53,838 nucleotides of DNA, from the NCBI GenBank assembly GCA_903842025.1, contig CAIMKX010000042.1, positions 1-53,838 of the forward strand. The letters are read 5' to 3'. Origin of the DNA: an uncultured bacterium (GTDB lineage Bacteria; Patescibacteriota; Minisyncoccia; Phycocordibacterales; PALSA-1337). Both the position numbers and the translations under genes were made by a program. Numbering within the stretch: the first letter of the stretch is position 1; each line of letters begins with the position of its first letter. Positions 20,144 to 30,047 of this stretch are shown one piece after another. The notes under the pieces are model-generated. The model ran no database searches and was not told where the DNA came from. It saw nothing but the letters and a program-made list of their open reading frames with translations.

Positions 20144-20971
20144 ATGAATGAAAAGCCCCTGAAGACCATCGAACCACGAGTCGGATTCAATCCCTTTATC
20201 GAGATTGGTGATGTTTGGCGGCATCGCGAGCTTCTATATTTATTGGCTTGGCGAGATTACAAAGTTCGCTATCGCCAAACGATCATCGGCATAGCCTGGG
20301 CCATATTCCAGCCACTGATGGCCATGCTGGCTTTCGTCTTTATTTTTGGCAAATTCAACCAAATTACCGATAATGGCATCAATTATGCGCTCTTCGTCTA
20401 TTCTGGTTTGGTAATCTGGCAGTTCTTCTCAAATTCCGTAAGCGAAGCCAGCACTTCCCTAGTCCAATCGAGTCAGATGATCACCAAGATCTATTTTCCT
20501 CGAATTATTGTGCCACTGGCCAAGATCGTCACTCAGTTCATTGACCTGGGATTATCTCTAGTAATTCTGGCGGCTCTCATGATCTATTTCCACTCTTTTC
20601 CAACCTTCGTCGGTCTAATTTCAGTAATTCCAATAGTAATTCTACTGGGAATTGTTTCGGCAAGCATCGGTATCATCTTGTCTGCTTTTAATGTCAAATA
20701 TCGTGACGTTCAATACGCTCTACCCTATTTCATCCAAATGGGACTGTTCTTTAGTCCGGTAATCTATTCATCGGCCAGTCTTGGCAAATATCAGTGGCTT
20801 TTGAATCTGAATCCGATAACCGGGATCATTAACGCTTTCCGATCCGCCTTATTTTCATTACCGGTTTCCTGGACATCAATAGGAATTTCCTGTCTAATTA
20901 CCCTGATGTTGTTTATGGCCGGAATGTATTATTTTATGAGGGCGGAAGGAGCTTTTTCGGATGTGATATAA
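20144..20971 (+). CDS. wzm: ABC-2 glycan exporter permease
   Basis: RDYKVRYRQT, KIYFPR, SPVIY, LNP. Confidence 0.93.
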   Translation: MNEKPLKTIEPRVGFNPFIEIGDVWRHRELLYLLAWRDYKVRYRQTIIGIAWAIFQPLMAMLAFVFIFGKFNQITDNGINYALFVYSGLVIWQFFSNSVSEASTSLVQSSQMITKIYFPRIIVPLAKIVTQFIDLGLSLVILAALMIYFHSFPTFVGLISVIPIVILLGIVSASIGIILSAFNVKYRDVQYALPYFIQMGLFFSPVIYSSASLGKYQWLLNLNPITGIINAFRSALFSLPVSWTSIGISCLITLMLFMAGMYYFMRAEGAFSDVI

Positions 20972-21016
20972 ATATAAGGTCACAATTTGTGACCTTAAAG
21001 AAATACGACAAACTAC

Positions 21017-22243
21017 ATGAAACCAATCATCGAAATAACCGGCCTAGGGAAAAAATACCCCATTATCCACGAGAAAGCCTGTTATGGGACTTTGCGCGAC
21101 ACTATAATGAATTCGTTGCACCATCCGTTTGCCTCAAAAAAAACCCATGAATCTTTCTGGGCTTTGAAAGACATCAATCTGACCGTCAACCGCGGCGACA
21201 TTGTCGGCATCATCGGCCGGAATGGCACCGGCAAATCCACTCTATTAAAAATCTTGTCAGGCATAACCAAACCGACGGAAGGCAAAGTCAAACTCTGGGG
21301 ACGCGTTTCTTCCCTACTAGAAGTCGGCACGGGCTTCCATCCAGAATTAACCGGCCGGGAAAACATCTACCTGAACGGTGTTATTCTCGGCATGACCCGC
21401 AAAGAAGTGTCCAAAAAATTCGATGAAATCGTGGCCTTCGCCGGCATTGAGAGGTTCCTCGACACTCAAGTCAAACACTACTCAAGCGGCATGTATATGA
21501 GACTAGCTTTCTCCGTGGCGGCACATCTAGAACCGGATATCCTGATCGTCGACGAAGTCCTGGCTGTTGGAGACGCCGAGTTCCAAAAGAAGTGTCTGGG
21601 AAAAATGGAGGAGGTATCAAAAGAGCAAGGAAGGACGGTGATATTTGTGAGTCATAATCTCGATGTCGTTCAATCCATAAGCCAAAAAGTTGCTTACATT
21701 TCTGATGGACACATCAAGCAAGTCGGAAAAACAATTGAGACTGTCGATGCATACATGAGCGACACTGTTTCATATCAGGCCAAAGATTTCGAAACAAAAA
21801 ACAAGTCCGCTTTCATTTCAAAAGTAAGAATATCTGACGAAAACGGCAATCCGTCCTCAAACCTACCAATCAGTTTATCTTTTACTATTGATATCGAATA
21901 TACCGTAACAAATAAACTAGAAGCTGTTCTCTGTTTTCTTTTCTTTGCCGATTCAAAGATTCTTTACGCAGTCACTGAAGCAGATAAAGAGGGCAAGCTT
22001 AGATTATACATGCCGGGAAAATATAGAGCAACGCTCAAAATACCTGAATTTTTCTTCAATGTTGGGACATACAGACTTGATATCAGCATTCAAGTACCAA
22101 GCATAGAATATCTTGACACCAAAGAGGGTTTCAATTTTAGAATCATAAGCGATAGTCGCGATAAGCGGAACCAGCTGTTTGGCGGTAAAGTCTATGGCCA
22201 CATGGCTTCCCTGTTGCCGATTGAGACAAAAAAACTCCAATGA
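21017..22243 (+). CDS. wzt: ABC glycan exporter ATPase with a C-terminal Wzt_C domain
   Basis: GRNGTGKST, YSSGM, DEVLAVGD. Confidence 0.93.
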   Translation: MKPIIEITGLGKKYPIIHEKACYGTLRDTIMNSLHHPFASKKTHESFWALKDINLTVNRGDIVGIIGRNGTGKSTLLKILSGITKPTEGKVKLWGRVSSLLEVGTGFHPELTGRENIYLNGVILGMTRKEVSKKFDEIVAFAGIERFLDTQVKHYSSGMYMRLAFSVAAHLEPDILIVDEVLAVGDAEFQKKCLGKMEEVSKEQGRTVIFVSHNLDVVQSISQKVAYISDGHIKQVGKTIETVDAYMSDTVSYQAKDFETKNKSAFISKVRISDENGNPSSNLPISLSFTIDIEYTVTNKLEAVLCFLFFADSKILYAVTEADKEGKLRLYMPGKYRATLKIPEFFFNVGTYRLDISIQVPSIEYLDTKEGFNFRIISDSRDKRNQLFGGKVYGHMASLLPIETKKLQ

Positions 22244-22286
22244 GATTATTATCCTTTATAATTGTTCTGGCGCACACGACTCAACC

Positions 22287-24306
22287 ATGAAAGACAAACC
22301 AATCGACATTGTCTTCTCTTCAGATAGCCGATACGCACAACATCTAGGGGTGGCTCTTATTTCCATATTTGAAAATGCCAAATCGTCGACACAGATTCGC
22401 ATCTACGTCATCGACAATGGGATTCATGAAACTGATCGCCTTAAACTGAAGAAAATTTCGGAGAAATATTGTTTTCAATTAGTATTCACCCCTGCAAAGA
22501 AAAAATATTCCTCAGCCTATCAAAAAATGTTTATCCCTGAGTATTTTCCTTACCTTGATAAAATCCTGTATCTGGATTGTGACATTGTGGTCATGGAGGA
22601 TATTGAGGAATTATGGAAGATCGATGTTTCTTCTCATTATCTAGCGGCAACCAAAGACGATTGGGCTGCAAATCAGCTCGTGTTGGCCAAACTAAAAAGC
22701 CAAAACTATTTTAACTCTGGCGTCATGTTGCTGAACCTCAAGAAATGGCGAGGGGACAATATCACGGACAAGATCGAGGATACCGTGATAAGTGAATCAT
22801 ACAACCATATCTTTTTTGAGCAAAATGCGATTAATACTGTTATTGGTGATGAATTCATTCAACTAGACCCTAAGTATAATCAACTTCCCCACCTCATTAT
22901 GCAAAAACCAATAATTGTTCATTTTGCCGGTCATAAACCATGGGTACATTCCTGTGAACATCCGCAAAAAAAAAATCTATTTCAAATTCAAAAAAATCAG
23001 TCCGTGGAGATGGGTCAGCTTTTTTAACGGCAATTTTCAAAATGCCAAAAAATATTACCTCGAATTACTATTATCGGAATCCGCACTTGATCTATACATT
23101 AAAACCAGAACTTTATTTACAGGAATTCGGACAAAAATTGGCGTATTTCTCAAATCCAAGATAAGGCCCGAATTGCGAAGAATCGTTCTGACTGTTTATT
23201 CTGTCATTCAAATTGCAGAAACAATATTTTTGAGAGCTTTCACCAAAGAAACAGACGGTCTTGTCGTGATTCGAACTGATCATATCGGAGATTTCATCTT
23301 GTTCTTGCCGACATTTAGACTTTATAAAAGTGCCTACCCGGGCAAAACGATCACCTTGATTGCAAATCAAACCTGCCGCGAACTGATCGAGCGATTTCGC
23401 CATTCCAATATTTTCGATAAAATCATTTATTTGGACGAGAATAAATACAAGAGAAACATATATTATAGAATGGCATTCACTTACAGATTGGCCAAATTCT
23501 CCTACGAAACTCTGATCAATCCGATATATTCAAGGACTGAGGAAATAGATTTGATCGTTCGACTGGTTTCGAGCAGATCCAAGTCTGGCTTTGAATGCAA
23601 CAAGTTAGATTCTATCTACACCAAACTTTGTCCGGCTCCAGATACAGTCAAATCAGAAGTTGAAATAAACACGATTTTCGCCAAATTCCTCGGCATAACA
23701 CCGATCGGCGATCTGTTACCCTGTCTTGATATTGATCTGAATGACCAAAAAAGTGCAGATCGAATAATCGGCATAAGCAATATTCCCGATAAATATTGCA
23801 TTCTTTTCCCTGGTGCCGCGCTTCGTTATAAAATCTGGCCTCTTCATAAATATGTCGCTGTCGCAAATTTTCTTGTATCAAAGGGAATTACACCGGTAAT
23901 CTGCGGCTCGATAGACGAGCTTCCCATGGCCAGGGAAATCTCAAACGCTTGCACGGGATGCATTGTCATCAACGGTCAAACCGACATCTGGACACTGGCG
24001 GCCATTCTGAAACAGTCGAGGTTTTATGTTGGAAGCGACACGGGTATAATGCATCTGGCTGCTTCCGTAAAGACCCCGGTAATTTGCCTTATGGGCGGAG
24101 GATATTTTGGACGTTTTTTTCCTTATGGAGATCCGAAAACCAACAGGATGGTTTACGATTATCACATGAAATGCAAAAATGACGGCTGGGCCTGCGTCAC
24201 TGATCAAAATAAACCGGCTCCGTGTATCGCAGGGATTATAGTCGAAAACGTAACCGCTGAGATAGATTCTCTACTCACAATTCTCGATAATAAACATGAA
24301 TCCTAA
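22287..24306 (+). pseudogene. GT8-GT9 fusion glycosyltransferase, frameshifted at an A10 tract (22966-22975)
   Basis: GT8 motifs (YLDCD, YFNSGV, HFAGHKPW) continue as HPQKKIYFKFKKISPW into the GT9 frame (DHIGD, GSDTGIMHLA) if one A is removed. Confidence 0.8.
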
Positions 24307-25139
24307 ATTTTCCATAATCACTTGTACGAAAGATAGCGAACAATATCTGGAGCAAAACATCAAAAGCGTCTCTGAACAAACATTTAACGACTTTGAACAT
24401 ATCCTTGTCGACGGCCAATCATCGGATAAAACAATTGAAATAATTTGCAAATATCAAAATCAATTTCCCGATAGAGTCATTTCGATTATCCGATCTCCAA
24501 AAGGCATAGCCGATGCTATGAACGAAGGTATAAAGAGGGCAAAAGGTGAATACATAATCTGCTTACATTCCGACGATTTATTCAATGATAAAAACGTATT
24601 GAAAGATACCGCAGAATTCTTAAAAAAACATCAACCTGATTGGACCTATGCCAAAGAAATGCTTATAGATTCTAATGGAAAAGAAATTAAGCTTTTCATA
24701 AATATGAATCTATTCAGATCTGGAAGTGAAAGATTTTTTAGCAAATATCTTCTTAAATATTTCAATTTCGTCAGACATCAGTCGGTCTTCATAAAAAAAA
24801 GATGTTTTTAACCGCTTTGGTCCATTCGATGAAACGTTTAGGATCGCCATGGATTATGAATACTGGCTTCGAATCAAAAATAGGACTGATTGGATATTTT
24901 TTGATAGAATTGTCGACAATTTCAGGAAACACGACAAAGGAGCTTCATCTTCCCCTTTTACCAGAACAGATTCTCATCTAGAAGAAATGCAGGCCGGTAA
25001 AATGTACATGAATTGGTTTGAATTTTACGTATTGCGTTTTATTTTCAAAATTCTCGCCAAAGTGGCTGATGAAGCAAAAGAGCAGATCGAGCTTTATAAA
25101 GCTTTTCGCAAAGCTGTCATTGGTAGAAGACAACTATGA
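24296..25139 (+). pseudogene. GT2 glycosyltransferase, frameshifted at an A8 tract (24793-24800)
   Basis: Removing one A gives HQSVFIKKDVFNRFGPFDETFRIAMDYEYWLR and joins ORFs 24296-24811 and 24849-25139. Confidence 0.85.
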
Positions 25140-26443
25140 AAACAAAGAGACTACAAATTTCGACTATAGACTTAACAAGCCTAACTTTGGCATTTTGTCT
25201 CTCCTTTTTTCTCCGTTCATCCCCTCTTTCTCTCAAATATTTCGGCCCAATTAATTTCAGCACCACTTCTTATCTTATTTCCTTTGTAACCACTTCCCTC
25301 CTCCTCCTAATAATCTTCGGCACCTTCAAACTCTACCAGATCCGCCTCATCGAACTATCCGCCCGTATCTTCACGGTCCTCAAAGCTCTGGCAGTCTGGA
25401 CATTCATTACCGCCACTTTGATCTATGTTCTCAAGTTTGATTTCTCCCGCGGTTTATTCTTCATGACGGTTGCCTTAACGACAGTATTCATCTGTCTGGC
25501 CCGCTTCTTCCTGTTCAAACATCGTCAGAAAAAGTCAAAAGGCGATAATATTGAAGCGATAATCATCGGGACTGGCGATAGAGCAAGCAGCATTGAAAGG
25601 CAGATCAAGGAAACATTGCCGAATTCAAATTGCAAAAAGTTGGACTTTTCAAATAATAAAACGTCTGATTATCTTGTTTCTCACGCCTCGGCCGACATTT
25701 TCATTGCCGACGAACTCCTATCGCGTGACAAAGTCCTTTCTATTCTAGTTGATGAAAGGTTCAGTCACCACAGTTTCCGAGTCGTCTTGGACGTTTTTCG
25801 GCTGGCTACAGGTGAGATACACCTCAATGACATTGATGAAATTCCTTCAATAGCCTCCAGGAATGAACCTCATTCGGCTTTTAAAATGACAAAAAAAGCG
25901 CTTGATTTGGTCGTTTCTATTACCGGTCTGATCATAACTTCACCGCTCTGGATTCTGATTGCAATCTTGATCAAGCTCGATTCCAAAGGTCCGGTTCTTA
26001 TTAAACAATCCCGGGTCGGCTGGAATGGCCAGCCGTTTACGATTTTCAAATTTCGGACAATGCGTTGTGACGTGCCGCTTTATCAATTGGCGCCACACGA
26101 TCAAACAGATTTTCGCATCACTAGAATCGGTAGATTCCTCCGCCGTTTCAGCCTCGACGAACTTCCACAATTATGGAACATCTTCAAAGGTGAAATGAGC
26201 CTAGTCGGTCCGCGCCCAGAAATGGAGTTTATTGTAAAAAATTACCAGCCTTGGCAGAATTTCCGCCTCAAAGCCAAACCTGGCCTGACCGGCCTTTGGC
26301 AAATCCTAGGGCGCAAAGACATTCCCCTCCATGAGAACCTCGAATACGATTTCTACTATGTCACCAATAGGAGCCTGCTTCTTGATTCGACAATAATTTT
26401 GAAGACAATACCGGCAGTATTATTTGGCAGAGGGGCGTATTGA
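25136..26443 (+). CDS. Polyprenyl-phosphate glycosyl-1-phosphate transferase (WcaJ/WbaP family)
   Basis: 4 N-terminal TMs, FKFRTM, SLDELPQ, MSLVGPRP, PGLTGLWQ. Confidence 0.93.
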   Translation: MKTKRLQISTIDLTSLTLAFCLSFFLRSSPLSLKYFGPINFSTTSYLISFVTTSLLLLIIFGTFKLYQIRLIELSARIFTVLKALAVWTFITATLIYVLKFDFSRGLFFMTVALTTVFICLARFFLFKHRQKKSKGDNIEAIIIGTGDRASSIERQIKETLPNSNCKKLDFSNNKTSDYLVSHASADIFIADELLSRDKVLSILVDERFSHHSFRVVLDVFRLATGEIHLNDIDEIPSIASRNEPHSAFKMTKKALDLVVSITGLIITSPLWILIAILIKLDSKGPVLIKQSRVGWNGQPFTIFKFRTMRCDVPLYQLAPHDQTDFRITRIGRFLRRFSLDELPQLWNIFKGEMSLVGPRPEMEFIVKNYQPWQNFRLKAKPGLTGLWQILGRKDIPLHENLEYDFYYVTNRSLLLDSTIILKTIPAVLFGRGAY

Positions 26444-26448
26444 AAGAT

Positions 26449-26901
26449 TCACTTGTCTTCACTATCAACGAAAGGTTTAATGAATTTTTCGACCAGAATC
26501 TTAAAATAGACCTTGTACAACTCAAAAAACTTTCTTGTTGAGATTACCACCTGGTCCGGAGATAGTTTGTCGTAATCATGAGTAATTTGATTGCGAACTT
26601 TCGCTGATTCCGCTATTTTGTCCGCTAAATCCTGATCTATTATATTTAATGGCACTAATTCATAGAAGGAAGACTTCGATGAATCTGGAACAGTGCCGCC
26701 AAGTTGGTAAATCAGAATCGCGTTTATATCTACCGCTTCATCAACAACCAGCTGAAAAATCCTCTCGATTGAATAAAGCTTGTCTTTATTATCAAGTATT
26801 TGCTTGTTATCCAAAATCAAATATGACTGGAGCTCCGCCAAATAGCCCTGTAAGAGCAAAATTTTTCTATCAAGAGTCTTTTTTACATCTTCATTTATCA
26901 T
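26449..26901 (-). CDS. hepT: HEPN/DUF86 toxin
   Basis: RNQITHDY (RX4H) motif; overlaps the MNT gene. Confidence 0.88.
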   Translation of the reverse strand: MINEDVKKTLDRKILLLQGYLAELQSYLILDNKQILDNKDKLYSIERIFQLVVDEAVDINAILIYQLGGTVPDSSKSSFYELVPLNIIDQDLADKIAESAKVRNQITHDYDKLSPDQVVISTRKFFELYKVYFKILVEKFIKPFVDSEDK

Positions 26902-27290
26902 AGCTGTTCAGCCCATTCAACAAGCCTTTTTTGGCCAAGCTTGCGTAACCAAGCAGTATCCATCCAAACCCAAATAGCATAGAATTTCCATCGAAGAAAC
27001 AATGCGGGCTCGCGTTCATACAGAAGCTTACCATCTACAACTATCGCTCTCATAAGAGTCGGCGATGCCCTACTCAGATCAACGGCAGTAACATCCGTCC
27101 TGCCGAAGGCATTGTCGAGATCAGTCATCACCCTTACTATATCAAATTTGCCCTTGCTGATAACCCCGACATCAACATCACTCTTTGGATGAGTCCTGCC
27201 GGTAGCTTGCGAACCGAAAAGAACGACGAAATCGAGTCCGTGTTTTATGGCCACTTCCGCGATTTTGGGTTTTACAGCTTCGATATCCAT
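26898..27290 (-). CDS. mntA: Minimal nucleotidyltransferase antitoxin
   Basis: LFGSQATG...SDVDVG. Confidence 0.88.
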   Translation of the reverse strand: MDIEAVKPKIAEVAIKHGLDFVVLFGSQATGRTHPKSDVDVGVISKGKFDIVRVMTDLDNAFGRTDVTAVDLSRASPTLMRAIVVDGKLLYEREPALFLRWKFYAIWVWMDTAWLRKLGQKRLVEWAEQL

Positions 27291-27325
27291 GCCACAACTA
27301 TAACACACTTTTAAGACAAAATCTT

Positions 27326-29239
27326 TTACCTGCTCTTTTCGATTTTATCATTGAAATCGTTGAGTTTTATCAGATTTTCATCAATTGTCCCTGAATTGGG
27401 ATCACTCTTGAACCATAGGGCCTTTTCATACTTGGCATAAATCGGCAGTACCTCATTTATCACATACAAAGCCTCATCATATTTGCCATTTTTTACATCC
27501 AATTCAACCAGCCTGACTTGAGCGTTGAGATCGCTAGCCGGAAAATATTTGATGGCATTCAATAAGTTTTCCCTGTAATTGGTCGCGTCGCCAGCCGCTT
27601 CATATACAACAGCCTTGGCCAGATAATATGACCCGCTTTGAGGGAAAATGTTGATCGCTTTGTTGATGCAATTCAAGGCCGCCACATAATTCTTGGTCAA
27701 GAAATAAACCCGCCAAAGGTCATACCAAGTCGTCGGATCATGAGAATTGATCGAGGCAGATTCAAAATAACTATTGATGGCATTATCAGCATCCCGATTG
27801 GTCAATAGATAAATATCGCCTTTGGCCCGAGCCATATCGGATCTAAGAAGCTGAATTGAGATGATTGATGCGCCGATGATTAAAATAACTAATATGTAAA
27901 CAAGCCATTTTGGCAAATAGGAAACCGACGCACTATTATCTTTCTCATTGTTGTAATCGGTTACGCCTCTAACTTTCTCATTTTTATAATCGGTGGCGCG
28001 ATCATTCAATAAGAATCCATATAATAAACCGGCAAAGACAAAGAATATCAACAGTAAATTGTTCACGCCCCAATCAAAGTCCGTCAGTCCATGAATAGTA
28101 CCAGCGATTAAGGCGGCGTAAATGCTTACAGCCAACCAAGAGAATCTCCGGCGCCTGATAATTAGACCGCGCATTTGCCAGAACAAAGACGCTATAAATA
28201 TCACAAATATCGTCGTAACAATTAACCCCTGCTCAACCAACATCTTGAGTAGCCAGTTGTGTGGATCAGCAAATGAACCGTAGTTCGGATCAGTCTTGTA
28301 TATTCTGAGAGCACTGCCGTAATTCCCCACCCCAAAGCCCGTAAAAGGCTTCTGCAAGAATGTATGCCAGGCATCGTTGAAATAGTGCAGCCTGGCGGTA
28401 AAAGCATTGGTTTCCGCGTCTTGCATGGAAAATACGGCAGCATCGGATAGTTGAGCAGGTTTGGTGTTGAGTTTGGCGAGGAACCAAATTCCAACCGTTA
28501 TTAAAAGAGTTAAAATCAGCAGGATTAGAATTCCCCGCCATTGTCCAAAAAATCCCCCACTCCTCCCTATCAGTCGGGGCAACCCAGTGGACCTGAGCAA
28601 AGCGAAGGAACGGGGGATTTTTGAAAAAACCATTGCACTCACGATCACCCCCGCCACAATCGACACCCAAGTCCCCCTGGAATAAGTCAGTATCAAACTG
28701 GAAAATATTATTGAACCGGACAAGAGCCATAAATACTTTTGCCATTTTGTTTCTTCTGAAAAGATTAAATAGACGCTCAAAAAGAACGGGATTATCAGGA
28801 ATCCCCCGTAAACATTGTGAGTACCAATAAAACTGTTCAACCTGGTATACGAGGTCAGACCTAGTAAAATGAAATTGTAAATCGAAGCAATTCCGAAACC
28901 GGCGGTTAATATGACAAATACTTTTGAGATGTTTGCAATAAATTTATCTTCTTTAGCCAAACATTGGCAGAATAGGAATACGCCCAAATACCCCAGCCAC
29001 CAAATGATTACAGGAACTGAACGGACGAAAACTTGGGAAAACGGCAGAAATATTAGTAAGAAGACGAAGAATGCAATAAAGGCTATATTCGGGATTGTAC
29101 GCTGAATACGTCGATCAAAGCGACTAGCCACAAAGAGGAGAAGTGTTGTAATAAAAACAACATAAATTGCAAGCGAATGAAAAGTGCCACTTAAAAGAAA
29201 TGGTACTAGAAGCAACAGAAGAGTGGCGATAAATGTCAT
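27326..29239 (-). CDS. O-antigen-ligase (Wzy_C) family protein with C-terminal TPRs; probable protein/pilin O-oligosaccharyltransferase
   Basis: Multi-TM, TYSRG, PFTGFGVGNY, DPHN, TPR-like tail. Directly downstream of the major pilin. Confidence 0.85.
   Translation of the reverse strand: MTFIATLLLLLVPFLLSGTFHSLAIYVVFITTLLLFVASRFDRRIQRTIPNIAFIAFFVFLLIFLPFSQVFVRSVPVIIWWLGYLGVFLFCQCLAKEDKFIANISKVFVILTAGFGIASIYNFILLGLTSYTRLNSFIGTHNVYGGFLIIPFFLSVYLIFSEETKWQKYLWLLSGSIIFSSLILTYSRGTWVSIVAGVIVSAMVFSKIPRSFALLRSTGLPRLIGRSGGFFGQWRGILILLILTLLITVGIWFLAKLNTKPAQLSDAAVFSMQDAETNAFTARLHYFNDAWHTFLQKPFTGFGVGNYGSALRIYKTDPNYGSFADPHNWLLKMLVEQGLIVTTIFVIFIASLFWQMRGLIIRRRRFSWLAVSIYAALIAGTIHGLTDFDWGVNNLLLIFFVFAGLLYGFLLNDRATDYKNEKVRGVTDYNNEKDNSASVSYLPKWLVYILVILIIGASIISIQLLRSDMARAKGDIYLLTNRDADNAINSYFESASINSHDPTTWYDLWRVYFLTKNYVAALNCINKAINIFPQSGSYYLAKAVVYEAAGDATNYRENLLNAIKYFPASDLNAQVRLVELDVKNGKYDEALYVINEVLPIYAKYEKALWFKSDPNSGTIDENLIKLNDFNDKIEKSR
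28547..28622. repeat. Family-A palindromic element in frame within the OTase gene
   Basis: AAAAAATCCCCC...GGGGGATTTTT termini; encodes KIPRSFALLRSTGLPRLIGRSGGFF. Confidence 0.8.
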
Positions 29240-29302
29240 TGATTTGATCGGTTAAATTTGTATTCTTTGAATACTATCATTAAATTATTCATAAAGCTTA
29301 TA

Positions 29303-29334
29303 CAAAACAACCTCTCAAACGAGAGGTTGTTTTG
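29303..29334. terminator. Terminator after the major pilin
   Basis: CAAAACAACCTCTC-AAAC-GAGAGGTTGTTTTG, a perfect 14-bp stem. Confidence 0.8.
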
Positions 29335-29354
29335 CGAACAAAATCAAGCGAGAT

Positions 29355-29849
29355 TTAGTTTCCGGCTGTCGGACAAGAAGAAGCGTTGTGAGCAATTGCA
29401 GACTGATTTGTTCCACCAGTAGAGTCAATACAGAAATACTTTGTTTGACCCGTACTTGGCAAAGCCCCATAAATAGCATAGGTCTTTACAGGTGCCGCAT
29501 CGGTTACTGCAAACAACATACCACCATTATTACTTGCATCAGTTAACAGTGCGCTAATAACATTCCAAGCCAGAGTTGTACAAGGAGCTGTACCAGAAGT
29601 GCAAAGCCCATTACCATTTGCCCAAGTCGTTGGCGTAACGTTTGCCGCAAGTGCCTGAGCATAGTCTGTGCCACTATAAGATGATTCTGCCTGAGTTCTA
29701 AGCTGTTGAACACTTGAAATAATCCTAGAATCCTTGCCCTTGTTCCTAGCCGAATTCAAGCTCACGAGAACGACGGAGGCCAAGATGCCGATGATGGCGA
29801 TGACGACGAGGAGCTCGATGAGGGTGAAACCTTTTGTATACCTTCTCAT
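29355..29849 (-). CDS. pilA: Probable major type IV pilin
   Basis: KG|[20 protein letters not shown]. Has its own leader and terminator; 4 Cys. Confidence 0.85.
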   Translation of the reverse strand: MRRYTKGFTLIELLVVIAIIGILASVVLVSLNSARNKGKDSRIISSVQQLRTQAESSYSGTDYAQALAANVTPTTWANGNGLCTSGTAPCTTLAWNVISALLTDASNNGGMLFAVTDAAPVKTYAIYGALPSTGQTKYFCIDSTGGTNQSAIAHNASSCPTAGN

Positions 29850-29969
29850 AGTATATTTATAATTAAGTTACTAATCTATTAATAACGAACCTTTGATGAG
29901 GTTGTTGGGATAATTGTATCATTTTCCTGGGAAATATAGGCGCAACACAGGCTGTGGATAACGGGAGGA

Positions 29970-30040
29970 TAGAGGTAAGAGGTAAGAGATAAGATAAATC
30001 GCATTAAATCTTAACTCTTACCTCTTACTTCTTAACTCTT
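29970..30040. repeat. Heptamer (TAAGAGG/CCTCTTA) inverted-repeat element
   Basis: Tandem 7-mers in inverted orientation around AAATCGCATTAAAT. Confidence 0.85.
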
Positions 30041-30047
30041 GGCTCTC

